The position numbers and the translations under genes are program-made. 64,000 bases of DNA, taken from the NCBI GenBank assembly GCA_046262615.1, contig JBHEML010000005.1, positions 263-64,262 of the forward strand, given 5' to 3'. Positions 47,487 to 57,457 of this stretch are shown piece after piece. A model generated the notes under the pieces. That model was given only the letters and a program-made list of their open reading frames with translations, was not told the DNA's origin and did not search any database. How positions within the stretch are numbered: position 1 is the stretch's first letter; every line of letters begins with the position of its first letter. This DNA is from Candidatus Limnocylindria bacterium. GTDB taxonomy: Bacteria > Chloroflexota > Limnocylindria > P2-11E.

Positions 47487-49013
47487 TCACGACAGGTGGC
47501 CCATGCGCCGCCGCAGCTCCGTGAGCATCACCTCTCGCGCGATCACGTCGGACATGATGGCGACGTCTCCCGACAGCGGCCGGTCCTCTTCGAGTCGCGG
47601 CACGTGCTCGCGCACGACCCTTCGAGCCGCCTCGATCGGCAGCGACGACCGCGCTCCGAGCATGTCGAGACCCTGCGCCGCGCACAGTGCTTCGATCGCC
47701 AGCACGTCACGCGTGTTGCGCACGACGGCCGCGAGCTTGTGCGCGGCGTGCACGCCCATGCTGACGTGGTCCTCCATCCCGGCGGAGGTCGGGATCGACT
47801 GGACCGACGCCGGCGCGGCCCGCAGGCGGTTCTCGGCCACGAGCGCCGCGGCCGTGTACTGCGCGACCATGAAACCCGAGTGCTCTCCGGCGCTCGGGCT
47901 GAGGAACGCTGGAAGTCCACTCGTACGACCGTTGGTCATGCGGTCGATGCGCGCCTCGCTGATGTCGGCGAGCTCCGCCACGGCGATGGTCGCGAGGTCC
48001 AGCGCGACCGCCACGGGCTGCCCGTGGAAGTTGCCACCGCTCACGATCCGCTGCTCGTCCGCGAACACCAGCGGATTGTCGGTGACCGCGTTGATCTCGA
48101 TGTCAAGGACGCGGCGCGTGTACGAGAGCGCGTCGCGCGAGGCGCCGTGGACCTGAGGCATGCACCGGACGGAATACGGATCCTGCACCCGGGGATCGTC
48201 GGTGCGGTGCGACGCGACCAGCGGACTGCCGCCCACGAGACGGCGCAGATTCGCGGCGACCGCCACCTGCCCCGGGTGCGGCCTGGCGGCGTGCAGGCCC
48301 TCGTCCCAGGCCGCGTCCGTGGCGCGAAGCGCTTCCGCCGACATGGCGCCGACGACATCCGCCGTCGTCGCCAGCACCTCGGCGTCGTGCAGCGCGAGGC
48401 AGCCGATCGCGGTCATGACCTGCGTCCCGTTGATGAGCGCGACGCCCTCCTTCGGCCCGAGCTCGATCGGCTTCAGGTCCGCGTGCCGCAGCGCGTCGGC
48501 CGCCGGTTTGCGCTTTCCGTCGTGGATCGCCTCTCCTTCGCCGATGAGCACCAGGGCGGCATGCGCGAGAGGAGCGAGGTCGCCGGATGCCCCGACGCTG
48601 CCGTGCATCGGAATGACGGGATGCACGCCGCGGTTCAGCAGGTCGAGCAGCAGGTGGATCACGTTCGTGCGCACGCCCGAGCGTCCGGCCGCGAGCGTGT
48701 TCGCGCGCAGCAGCAGGATCGCGCGCACCGCCTCCACGGGCAGCGGGTCGCCGACGCCCACCGCGTGGCTGCGCACGAGGTTTCGCTGGAGCGCTCTCAC
48801 CTGGCTCGGCGGGATCCGCATGGTGGCGAGGTCGCCGAAGCCGGTGTTCACGCCGTAGACGGGCTCGTCGCGCTCGGCGATCTCCTCGATGAGCTTCGCT
48901 GCGTCCGCGACGCGCCGCTCGGCCCCGCGGTCGAGCGCCACCGAAAGGGAAGCGCGAGCCACCGCGAGGATGTCAGCGATGGCCAGGTCATTGCCGTTGA
49001 TCCTGAGGACCAT
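47487..49013 (-). CDS. hutH: Histidine ammonia-lyase
   Basis: [13 protein letters not shown] (HAL-type), MIO motif GASGDL, QDPYS.RC.PQVHG, SGGNFHG, EDHVSMG. Confidence 0.95.
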   Translation of the reverse strand: MVLRINGNDLAIADILAVARASLSVALDRGAERRVADAAKLIEEIAERDEPVYGVNTGFGDLATMRIPPSQVRALQRNLVRSHAVGVGDPLPVEAVRAILLLRANTLAAGRSGVRTNVIHLLLDLLNRGVHPVIPMHGSVGASGDLAPLAHAALVLIGEGEAIHDGKRKPAADALRHADLKPIELGPKEGVALINGTQVMTAIGCLALHDAEVLATTADVVGAMSAEALRATDAAWDEGLHAARPHPGQVAVAANLRRLVGGSPLVASHRTDDPRVQDPYSVRCMPQVHGASRDALSYTRRVLDIEINAVTDNPLVFADEQRIVSGGNFHGQPVAVALDLATIAVAELADISEARIDRMTNGRTSGLPAFLSPSAGEHSGFMVAQYTAAALVAENRLRAAPASVQSIPTSAGMEDHVSMGVHAAHKLAAVVRNTRDVLAIEALCAAQGLDMLGARSSLPIEAARRVVREHVPRLEEDRPLSGDVAIMSDVIAREVMLTELRRRMGHLS

Positions 49014-49032
49014 CGGTACAGTATCTGGCTCG

Positions 49033-50082
49033 ATGATCGTGATCATGAAAAGGGGCGCCGCGGCGGAGCAGATCGACCACGTCGTCGATCGCCTGGCGGA
49101 GCTCGGCTACGGTGTGAACCTTTCGGGTACCGAGGTGACCGTCATTGGCGCCATCGGCGTGCTCGACGATGACAAGGCGCGGCTCGCCGAGCAGCTCGGA
49201 TCGCTCCCCGCGGTCGATCGCGTGGTGCCCGTGCTCAAACGCTTCAAGCTCGCCAGCCGCGAGTTCCAGCCCGAGAACAGCGTGGTGCGCGTCGGAGACG
49301 TCGCCATCGGCGACGGTTCGCTGGCGCTCATGGCCGGACCCTGCGCGATCGAAAGCGAGGAGCAACTCATGGCCACGGCCCGCGCGGTGAAGGCCGCGGG
49401 GGGCGACATCCTACGCGGCGGGGCGTTCAAGCCGCGCACATCTCCGTACGACTTCCAGGGACTCGGCCCCGAGGGCCTCCGCCTTCTGGCGGCGGCGCGG
49501 GACGAGACCGGCATGCCCGTGATCTCCGAGGTCCTCGATCCGCACGACGTCGAGCTGTGCGCCCGGTACGTAGACATCCTTCAGGTGGGCGCGCGGAACA
49601 TGCAGAACTACTCGCTGCTGCGGGAGGTGGGAAGGTCCGGGCATCCGGTGCTCCTCAAACGGGGCGGCATGTACCCGACCATCGAGAACTGGCTGCTCTC
49701 GGCCGAATACGTCCTCCGCGAGGGCAACCGGAGGATCGTGATGTGCGAGCGCGGGCTGCCGCCGCCGGGCGGCGAGACGGCCACGCGCAACGTCCTCGAC
49801 CTATCCGCCGTCGCGGTGATCCACGAGCTCTCGCACCTGCCGGTCGTGATCGACCCAAGTCACGGCACCGGCAAGTCCGCGTACGTACCGGCGCTCGCGC
49901 GCGGCGCGGCCGCGGTCGGAGCGGATGGGCTGCTGATCGAGGTGCATCCGGATCCCGAGCGCGCGCTTTCGGACGGGCCGCAGTCGCTCACACCGGCGCA
50001 GTTCGCAGAAGTGGCCGCCGACGTGCGCGCGGTCGCGGCGGCCCGCAGGCCCTCGGCTCAGGCGGCGGCGATCAGCCGGTAG
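49033..50082 (+). CDS. aroF: DAHP synthase, class I-beta with N-terminal regulatory domain
   Basis: AGPCAIE, RGGAFKPRTSPY, GARNMQN, DPSHGTG, IEVH..ALSDG. Confidence 0.93.
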   Translation: MIVIMKRGAAAEQIDHVVDRLAELGYGVNLSGTEVTVIGAIGVLDDDKARLAEQLGSLPAVDRVVPVLKRFKLASREFQPENSVVRVGDVAIGDGSLALMAGPCAIESEEQLMATARAVKAAGGDILRGGAFKPRTSPYDFQGLGPEGLRLLAAARDETGMPVISEVLDPHDVELCARYVDILQVGARNMQNYSLLREVGRSGHPVLLKRGGMYPTIENWLLSAEYVLREGNRRIVMCERGLPPPGGETATRNVLDLSAVAVIHELSHLPVVIDPSHGTGKSAYVPALARGAAAVGADGLLIEVHPDPERALSDGPQSLTPAQFAEVAADVRAVAAARRPSAQAAAISR

Positions 50083-50795
50083 CCGAAGCCGCGCGAGGTC
50101 TCGATCATCACATCGCTCACGCCGGCGTCCGAGAGCTTCTTGCGCAGCCGACCCACGTGGACGTCCACGAGCCGCGTGTCGCTGCCAGGCTCGTAGCTCC
50201 AGACCCCGCTCAGCAGGTCGTCCCGGCTGAACACGCGCCCGGGGTCCGCCGCGAGCGTCCGGAGCAGCTTGAACTCGGTCGGCGTGAGCGATACCTGCTG
50301 ATCGCCGGCGATCGCCTGGACGCTGGCGAGGTCGATCACGAAGGTGCCGAATCGCATCTGCTTCTTGTCGGGCGTGGCCGCGAACAGCGGATGCCGGTTC
50401 CGCCGCAGGAGGGTCTCCACCCGCGCCACGAGTTCGTCGTTGTCGAACGGCTTGCCCATGTAATCGTCGGCGCCCACCCGGAGCCCGACGACGCGGTCCG
50501 GGGGGTCCTTCTTCGCGCTCAGGAACAGGACCGGCACGTCGCTCTCGCGGCGCACCTGGAGGCACAGGCTGATCCCGTCGACGCTGGGCATCATCACGTC
50601 GAGGATCACCAGGTCGGGCACGAACTGCCCGAACGCCTCGACGGCCTGGCGCGAGTCGGTGACCGTCCTGACGGCGAAACCTTCATCCCGCAGGATGCCC
50701 GACACCGCTCCCGCGATCTCGCCGTCGTCGTCGACGACCATGACCTTGGTGCCGGCCGGGGGCCGGTCGGGCACGGCGAGCGGCTGCTCTCTCAT
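50058..50795 (-). CDS. Orphan OmpR/MtrA-like response regulator
   Basis: VVDDD, LDVMMP, KPF, DTRLVDVHVGRLR..RGFGY; 3' end overlaps aroF by 25 bp. Confidence 0.92.
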   Translation of the reverse strand: MREQPLAVPDRPPAGTKVMVVDDDGEIAGAVSGILRDEGFAVRTVTDSRQAVEAFGQFVPDLVILDVMMPSVDGISLCLQVRRESDVPVLFLSAKKDPPDRVVGLRVGADDYMGKPFDNDELVARVETLLRRNRHPLFAATPDKKQMRFGTFVIDLASVQAIAGDQQVSLTPTEFKLLRTLAADPGRVFSRDDLLSGVWSYEPGSDTRLVDVHVGRLRKKLSDAGVSDVMIETSRGFGYRLIAAA

Positions 50796-50868
50796 GTAAC
50801 GCTGGGGTGAAGCACTATGCATGCCATTGTAACGGACGTCCGCGCGCCGGCTGACCGGGCGACCTGCG

Positions 50869-51225
50869 CTAAGCCTGTTCCCTGGCCGCGTCGCGCACGC
50901 AGAAGGCCGTCTGCGGGAGCGCCTCTAGCCGCTCGGCGGGGATCTCCTGGCCGCACACGACGCAGCGGCCGTAGGTCCCCTTTTCGATCCGCTCGAGCGC
51001 CTTGCCGACGTCGGCCAGCTCCAGCTCGAGCGCGCGGCCTCGCGTCAGGTCTAGCTCACGCTGTTGGGTCTCCGTGGCCGCGTCCGCCGGGTGCTGGTCG
51101 GTCAGCGACAGCTCGCCGCCGCTCTCGCCCTGCGGCTGCTCGAGGCGCTCGCTCAATCGGGAAAGGGACGCCGACACGTCGTCGCGCTGCGCGACCAACC
51201 GCGTGCGGGCTGCCTCGACGTCCAT
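50869..51225 (-). CDS. TraR/DksA family zinc-finger protein
   Basis: DQHPADAATE, ALERI..GTYGRCVVCG.EI..ERLEALP. Confidence 0.9.
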   Translation of the reverse strand: MDVEAARTRLVAQRDDVSASLSRLSERLEQPQGESGGELSLTDQHPADAATETQQRELDLTRGRALELELADVGKALERIEKGTYGRCVVCGQEIPAERLEALPQTAFCVRDAAREQA

Positions 51226-51272
51226 ACCGAGAGGCTACCGTACGAAGAGGGCTCTTTCGCGAAGGAGGATCC

Positions 51273-51590
51273 GTGGAACCACGCGACATCGCCGCGGCGC
51301 GTGACCGCTACCACCTGCTCGACGTCCGGGAGGATGCCGAATGGGCGGCCGGCCACATCGAGGGTGCCCAGCACATCCCGCTCGGCCAGCTCGGGGCGCG
51401 ACTGGGCGAGGTTCCGCCGGGAGTGACGGTCGTGGCGGTGTGCCGTACGGGCCACCGCAGCGACTTTGCCGCGGGCGGCCTCCGGCGTCTGGGCAGAGAC
51501 GCGCTGAACCTCGACGGCGGCGTGGCGGCGTGGCAGCGCGCCGGGCTGCCCCTGGTCGGCGACGACGGCGCGGCCGGGCGCGTCATCTAA
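51273..51590 (+). CDS. Rhodanese-like domain protein
   Basis: LLDVRE..EW..GHI.GA, VCRTGHRS, LDGG..AW; SD AAGGAGG. Confidence 0.9.
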   Translation: MEPRDIAAARDRYHLLDVREDAEWAAGHIEGAQHIPLGQLGARLGEVPPGVTVVAVCRTGHRSDFAAGGLRRLGRDALNLDGGVAAWQRAGLPLVGDDGAAGRVI

Positions 51591-51622
51591 AGCGTCGCGG
51601 CCCGGACGGATACGCTTAGCCC

Positions 51623-52396
51623 GTGGCCGACCCGGCGCCCCATACGCGCCACCTCGACCGCGAGTGGCTGCGCGGGCACATCACCGAGGAGCGGCGGCAG
51701 GCCGCCGTGCTCGGGGAGATACGGGAAGCGATCTTCGGCGCGCAGGACGGGCTGACGAGCACGATCGCGGTCCTGAGCGCCGTCGCGGCGGCCACGTCCC
51801 AGACCTACCCGGTCCTCGTCGCCGGTGTGGCCTCGGCGCTGGCTGGCGTCTTCTCGATGGCGGCCGGTGAGTACACCTCCTCCAAGAGCCAGCGGGAGAT
51901 CTTCGAGGCGCAGATCCAGGGAGAGCGCGAGGAGGTCTCCGAGCGCCCCGACGAGGCCCAGGCCGAGGTCGCGTACATGTTCGAGGAGGACGGGCTTCCG
52001 GCGCCGAGCGCGCGGCGGGTGGCTGCGGAGATCGCGCGCGAGCCGAAGGTGCTGCTCAAGACGATGGTGGAAAAGGAGCTGAGCCTGGGCTTCAACGAAG
52101 CTGCCGGGCCGCTCCAGGGCGCGCTCGTCATGGGAGGCGCGTTCGGCATCGGATCGGTCGTCCCGCTGATCCCGTACTTCTTCCTGCACGTGCAGACAGC
52201 GATCTGGGCCTCCATCGCCGTGTCCGCCCTGTTCATGTTCGGCATCGGCTGGGTCAAGGCGCGGTGGACTCGCAAGAGCCGCCTCCGTTCGGGCCTCGAG
52301 ATCCTCGCCATCGGCGCGGCCGGGGGGATCGCCGGATACCTCTTCGGGATCGTCCTCCCGTCGCTTCTGGGGGTCGCCGGCATCACGGTGGGCTGA
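51623..52396 (+). CDS. VIT1/CCC1 family iron/manganese transporter
   Basis: REAIFGAQDGL, SMAAGEYTS, acidic cytoplasmic domain, C-terminal TMs. Confidence 0.92.
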   Translation: MADPAPHTRHLDREWLRGHITEERRQAAVLGEIREAIFGAQDGLTSTIAVLSAVAAATSQTYPVLVAGVASALAGVFSMAAGEYTSSKSQREIFEAQIQGEREEVSERPDEAQAEVAYMFEEDGLPAPSARRVAAEIAREPKVLLKTMVEKELSLGFNEAAGPLQGALVMGGAFGIGSVVPLIPYFFLHVQTAIWASIAVSALFMFGIGWVKARWTRKSRLRSGLEILAIGAAGGIAGYLFGIVLPSLLGVAGITVG

Positions 52397-52456
52397 CACG
52401 CCGCCCGCGGCGCGGCACACTGGCTGCTCCTGCGAGCGAGCGATAGGGGGTGCGAG

Positions 52457-52708
52457 ATGGATCGCGACGACAAGAAGCCTTCACCCGAGGATTCCGCGGA
52501 AGAGGCGCTCCGGAAGAGCGGGACGGTGGATGAGCGCGCCGCGCCGGGGGCCGGCGCCGATGCGATGTCCGGAACGCTGATGGGGGCGCCCGCGGCGAAC
52601 CTGGCGCCTCCGGGACCGGGTCCGGTCGTGGCTCCGGAGGACCTGGGTGAGGGCGAGCGCGTCCTGGAGCAGGAGCGCAAGGCCGTCCGCCAGACGCCGG
52701 GTAGCTAG
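52457..52708 (+). CDS. Small acidic hypothetical protein
   Basis: ORF fills the intergenic gap with typical codon usage. Confidence 0.55.
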   Translation: MDRDDKKPSPEDSAEEALRKSGTVDERAAPGAGADAMSGTLMGAPAANLAPPGPGPVVAPEDLGEGERVLEQERKAVRQTPGS

Positions 52709-52749
52709 GACGACCCCCGCGGGCCCGCGCGTGCCCTTAGGTTACTGAC

Positions 52750-53919
52750 GTGCACATCGCCTTCGTGTCCACGCAGGTGCCGCGACGCTGCGGGATCGCG
52801 ACGTTCACGGCGGACCTCTCCGCCGCGGTAAAGGCGGCCGATCCCGGCGTGCGGCTGTCGTTCGCCGCGATCGACGAGCCGAGCGCTGCACGTGCTTATC
52901 CCAGCGAGGTCCGTTGGCGCATGCGCCAGCGCGACGCGGCGAGCTACCGAGCTGCGGCGGCCGCCATCACCGAATCCCGCGTCGAGATCGTGAACGTCCA
53001 ACACGAGTTCGGGCTGTACGGCGTATGGGACGAGCGGGGCGGCTACGAGGACCACCTGCGCGGCTTTCTCGAGCAGTTGCGCGTCCCGGTGGTGACGACG
53101 CTTCACACCGTCGCGCCCTCGCCCGAGAACTGGATGCGCGAGTCCGTCCGCTCCATCGCCGAGCGCAGCAACGCCGTCGTCGTGATGGCGGAGACCGCGG
53201 CGCGTCTCCTCGCCACCGATTACGGCGTCACGGCTCCCCCCACGGTCATCCCTCATGGGATGCCGGCCGTGGAGCCTCGCGGCAGGCGCCGGCTGAAGCG
53301 GGAGCTCGGCATGGTGGGCAAGGCGCTGATCACCACGTTCGGGCTCGTCGATCCCCGGAAGGGTCTCGAGCACATGATCGAGGCAATGCCGACGATCGTG
53401 TCCAAGCATCCGAATACGCTCTACCTGATCGTCGGCCAGACGCATCCGGAGCTGCTGAAGGAGGCCGGCGAGGACTACCGCAATGGCCTCATTGCGATGG
53501 TCGAGCGGCTCGGGCTCGGCGGCCACGTCGCTTTCGTGAACCAGTACCTCACCCAGCGAGAGATCGTCGACTACCTGCTCGCCAGCGACGTGTACGTAAC
53601 CCCGTACCTCGACCTCAACCAGATCACCAGCGGCACCCTGGCGTACGCGCTCGGGGCGGGGAAGGCGATCGTCTCTACGCGCTACCTCCATGCGAAGGAG
53701 GCGCTCGCGGACGGCCGCGGGATCCTCGTTGACCTGCGCAGCCCCGAACAGCTCGCCAGCGCCGTGAACTCGATCCTCGACGACCCGGGGAAGAAGCGGG
53801 ATCTCGAGCAGAAGGCGTACGCGTACGGCAAGGAGATGGCGTGGCCCGCGGTCGGGCGGCGGCACTTCGAGCTGATGCGCGACGTCCTCAGGGACCACGG
53901 GATGCAACGCACGGCGTGA
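52750..53919 (+). CDS. Glycosyltransferase family 4
   Basis: PRRCGIATFT, QHEFGLYG, TTLHT, FGL..P.KG.E, QITSGTLAYA. Confidence 0.92.
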   Translation: MHIAFVSTQVPRRCGIATFTADLSAAVKAADPGVRLSFAAIDEPSAARAYPSEVRWRMRQRDAASYRAAAAAITESRVEIVNVQHEFGLYGVWDERGGYEDHLRGFLEQLRVPVVTTLHTVAPSPENWMRESVRSIAERSNAVVVMAETAARLLATDYGVTAPPTVIPHGMPAVEPRGRRRLKRELGMVGKALITTFGLVDPRKGLEHMIEAMPTIVSKHPNTLYLIVGQTHPELLKEAGEDYRNGLIAMVERLGLGGHVAFVNQYLTQREIVDYLLASDVYVTPYLDLNQITSGTLAYALGAGKAIVSTRYLHAKEALADGRGILVDLRSPEQLASAVNSILDDPGKKRDLEQKAYAYGKEMAWPAVGRRHFELMRDVLRDHGMQRTA

Positions 53920-55103
53920 CGCTGGCTCGGCGCCTTCCCGAGAATCCGCTCATCACCCGCCGCGACGTCTCTCCCTCCCTCCCTTCGCTGGAGGTGGTGT
54001 CGGTCTTCAACGCCGCGGCCGCGCGGCTTGGTGACGAGATCGTCCTGCTGCTGCGCGTCGCCGAGCAGCCGCGCAGCGACACCGAGCCGCCACCCGACGC
54101 GATGACCCTCGACCTCACGGGACCACAGCCGGTGCTGAAGCCGCTGCCGCGCGGATTGCGCAAGGAGGAGCTGGTCGGCATGGCCTTCCTCGACGCAAAG
54201 GCCGACCCGCCACGCGTGCTCGTCGGGTACATCCCGCGACGGCTCCCGGGTCTCGACCTCACCGATCCGCGCGCGATCCGCTACCAGAACGCCACGGGCC
54301 CCCTGCGGGCGGTGAACCAGGGCTACGTGGACTACCTCGCGCAGATGTCGCACCTGCGGCTCGCGCGAAGCCGCGACGGGGTGCGGTTCGCCGTCGACGA
54401 CGTGCCGGCGATCGCGCCGCGGACCGAGATGGAGGAATACGGCGTCGAAGATGCCCGCGCCACGTACATCGACGGGTCCTGGCATATCACCTACGTCTCC
54501 GTCTCCAGGCTCGGTATCACCACGAGCCGCGCCGTCACCGAGGATTTCCGCACGTTCCGGCGCGAGGGCGTGATGTTCCTCCCCGACCACAAGGATGTCG
54601 TCATCTTTCCCGAGCGGATCGGGGGACGGTACGTCGCGCTCACCCGTCCGATGCCGCAGTCGTTCGCACGGATCTTCGGCATCTGGATCGCGTTCTCGGA
54701 CGACCTCGTCGAGTGGGGCGGACACCGGCCGCTGGTCCTCCCGCGGTGGGGACGCTGGGATGAATTGCGGACGGGCGCGTCGGCCGTGCCGTTCCGGACG
54801 TCCGAGGGCTGGCTCGAGCTGTACCACGGCGTCGACCGCACGACCTGCTACGCGATGGGCGCCGTCCTGCTCGACGCCGACGACCCGACGAAGGTCATCG
54901 CCCGCTCGCCGCAGCCAATCCTCGCGCCCGAGGAGCCGTTCGAGCGGATGGGATTGTTCAATGAGACGGTGTTCTCGTGCGGCCACGTGCCGCTCGACGA
55001 CAAAGGCGAGCGCATCAGGCTGTACTACGGCGCAGCTGATTCGGTCATGGCCGCCGCCGACTTCAACGTGCGCGAGATCCTCAAAAGTCTCGAGGCGTGC
55101 TAG
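53916..55103 (+). CDS. GH130-like glycoside phosphorylase/hydrolase
   Basis: NPLI, VFNAAA, YGVEDAR, KDVVIFPE, LYHG, VFSCG, YYGAAD. Confidence 0.9.
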   Translation: MTLARRLPENPLITRRDVSPSLPSLEVVSVFNAAAARLGDEIVLLLRVAEQPRSDTEPPPDAMTLDLTGPQPVLKPLPRGLRKEELVGMAFLDAKADPPRVLVGYIPRRLPGLDLTDPRAIRYQNATGPLRAVNQGYVDYLAQMSHLRLARSRDGVRFAVDDVPAIAPRTEMEEYGVEDARATYIDGSWHITYVSVSRLGITTSRAVTEDFRTFRREGVMFLPDHKDVVIFPERIGGRYVALTRPMPQSFARIFGIWIAFSDDLVEWGGHRPLVLPRWGRWDELRTGASAVPFRTSEGWLELYHGVDRTTCYAMGAVLLDADDPTKVIARSPQPILAPEEPFERMGLFNETVFSCGHVPLDDKGERIRLYYGAADSVMAAADFNVREILKSLEAC

Positions 55104-56143
55104 CGCGCCTGGGGCGTCTGCTCCATCCGTATCCGCCCGCCGGACCCCGCGCGCTCGCTCCAGCCGTTTATGCGGACGTGGAGGGCCGCCTGGTGCCGGC
55201 GGATGACCGGGGCTTCGAAGGCGTCGCCTGCGTTGACGATGCGGCCCGCGCGCTCGTCCTGTACTGCGACCTCTGGAAGGTCAGCAGCGCCGACTGCGCG
55301 CGGCGCTGCGCGCTCGGGCTGCTCGACTTCGTGCTGTGGATGCAGGAGCCTGACGGCCGCTTCCTCAACTTCGTCCGGGACTGGGGCGGCGTGCGCAACC
55401 TGGACGGCCCGACGTCGTTCCCCGGCGGAAGCTTCTGGCAAGCGCGCGCGGTGCGCGGCTTGGCCAAGGTGTGGGCGACCTTCCACGACGACCGCGCCCG
55501 GGATGCGATCGATCGCGCACTTCCGCACGTCGAGGACGCGGCCGTCGCATCGGACGTCGCGGCCGTCCACGTGCTCGCCGCGCTCGACCTTGCGTGGGAT
55601 GGTGGCGATGAACGATCAGACGCGCTCGTCGAGCGTCGGTCGTATGAGATCGCGAGCTGCCGCGATGGTGACGTCCTCGTGAACTATCCGGGGGAGCCGC
55701 TTCCGCACCTGTGGGGGCACGTCCAGGAGGGCGTGCTCGCCGAGGCTTCCCGCCACCTCGGCCGCGTCGACCTTCTCGACGTCGCCGTGGCGAGCGCCGA
55801 CGCGCTGCTCGAGCCGGTCGTGCGGTCGGCGTTCGCACTTCCCCACGTGGAACCTTACGGCGTCGCCGCGGTCGTCTACGGGATGGACCGCCTTCATGAG
55901 ATGACCGGCTCGGCGCGATACGCCGAGCTGGCCGCGCTCGCGCGCGCCTGGTTCGACGGCCGCAACCCCGCAGGTGTGCCGGTGTACGACAGGGACGCCG
56001 GCGCGGTACACGACGGCATCGACGGAAACCGGATCAACCGCAACTCCGGAGCGGAGTCGAACATCGTCGGCGCGCAGGCGCTCCTCGCCGAGGTGGCGTC
56101 GTGGCTGCGAGGCGATCCGCACGGATGCGCGCCGAGCGGATGA
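55097..56143 (+). CDS. Hypothetical protein, (alpha/alpha)6-barrel-like partner of GT4
   Basis: CVDDAARAL, DGRFLNF, WFDGRN..VYD..G..HDG..NRNSGAES motifs resembling the C-terminal domain of long GT4 fusions. Confidence 0.7.
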   Translation: MLARLGRLLHPYPPAGPRALAPAVYADVEGRLVPADDRGFEGVACVDDAARALVLYCDLWKVSSADCARRCALGLLDFVLWMQEPDGRFLNFVRDWGGVRNLDGPTSFPGGSFWQARAVRGLAKVWATFHDDRARDAIDRALPHVEDAAVASDVAAVHVLAALDLAWDGGDERSDALVERRSYEIASCRDGDVLVNYPGEPLPHLWGHVQEGVLAEASRHLGRVDLLDVAVASADALLEPVVRSAFALPHVEPYGVAAVVYGMDRLHEMTGSARYAELAALARAWFDGRNPAGVPVYDRDAGAVHDGIDGNRINRNSGAESNIVGAQALLAEVASWLRGDPHGCAPSG

Positions 56144-56186
56144 ATAGGGTCCCTCCGCCGGTGTAGCGCGCGGCTACCGTAGCCAG

Positions 56187-57383
56187 GTGGCGCGAAGATC
56201 CGCGCGTGGCGCCGGGCCGGGCGGCGGGCCAGGGCCACGCCTGGGTCCGGCGGTCGTCTCCCTTGCGCTCGCGCTCGCCGCAGCCGTCGTGGCCGTCGTC
56301 GCGCTCGGGGGTGCACCGTTCGCGCCGCCGTCGCCCGGGAATGCGCCCGCATCTTCGGAGCCGCCAGCGGCATCCGTAGTCGCGTCCGTGCGGCCGCCCG
56401 GACCGCCTCCGGCGCTCACGTTCGATCCTCCGGCGGGCGGCGCGCAGGCCGCCCGCTTCCTGTCCGTGCGCTTCCGCTCGAACGTCGCGCTCGAGAGCGC
56501 GCGCGTGGTGGTGGAGCCCGACCCCGGGTTCGCGTGCGCCGCCCAGCTCGACGCGCCCACGACGGGCGGCTTCGGGTGCGTCGGCCTGCTGCCGGGACCG
56601 GTCGACTTCGCGGCGACGCTCACCGTGCGCGCCGACGGGAGGGACACGCAGGCGCGCTACGCGTTCCGCACGATGGGGCAGAGGCTCGAGGGTGTCCGCT
56701 GGTTCACCGAGTTCGAGGATCCGACAGCGGATCCGCTGGCATGCGCGGCAGCGTCATGCCGCATCGTGCAGTTCTTCACCGCCGGCGACGACAAGATGAC
56801 CGCGACGGCGATCCTGAACTTCGGACGCCAGTTCGACAGGAGCCGCGATCCCGGCCTCGATCCAGCCGCGATCGCTGAGGTGCTGCACCGCATGGAAGCG
56901 CGCAACACCTACCACTACTACAGGCTCGATTCGCGCGAGGAGGCGACCAAGGCCGCGGTGTACTGGCTTCTGCGCAGCGCCAAGCCCGTGGTAGTCATCA
57001 GCCTCGCGGGTCAGCACGCGCCCGTGCTGATCGGCTACGCGGGCGAGTTCGGCACCTTCTACGGCGACACCGTCAATCGCGTGACCGGCGTCGTCATCGA
57101 AGATCCGCAGCGCGGCGACCTGGATCCGCGGACGTCGAACCGAAGGCCCGACAAGTACCGCTCCGCCGACTTCCAGACCGGCCGGCTTCTCGGGCTGCCC
57201 GAGTGGTACGGCGACGAATGGTGGCTCGCCTTCTCGTACACGTGCTGTCTTGACGGCGTGAACATCGATCGGAGCGACGGCGCGTATCCGCTCCCGCACT
57301 GGGCAGGTAAGTACGTGATCGTGGCCGACGACGGCGACGCCGATTGGCCGTCCGATCGCGAAGGGAGGGTCCGCTTCCGCTAG
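56187..57383 (+). CDS. Membrane-anchored/secreted protein with C39/papain-like domain
   Basis: N-terminal TM, Pro-rich linker, ACAAAS (Cys), GQHAPVLIGY (His), IEDP (Asp). Confidence 0.65.
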   Translation: MARRSARGAGPGGGPGPRLGPAVVSLALALAAAVVAVVALGGAPFAPPSPGNAPASSEPPAASVVASVRPPGPPPALTFDPPAGGAQAARFLSVRFRSNVALESARVVVEPDPGFACAAQLDAPTTGGFGCVGLLPGPVDFAATLTVRADGRDTQARYAFRTMGQRLEGVRWFTEFEDPTADPLACAAASCRIVQFFTAGDDKMTATAILNFGRQFDRSRDPGLDPAAIAEVLHRMEARNTYHYYRLDSREEATKAAVYWLLRSAKPVVVISLAGQHAPVLIGYAGEFGTFYGDTVNRVTGVVIEDPQRGDLDPRTSNRRPDKYRSADFQTGRLLGLPEWYGDEWWLAFSYTCCLDGVNIDRSDGAYPLPHWAGKYVIVADDGDADWPSDREGRVRFR

Positions 57384-57457
57384 CCTCCCGTTCTGCGCCG
57401 CTCGCGCCGCGGTGCGCGCGCGCGTCCCCGCGCGGTCCGGTCCCTACCATCATCGCG

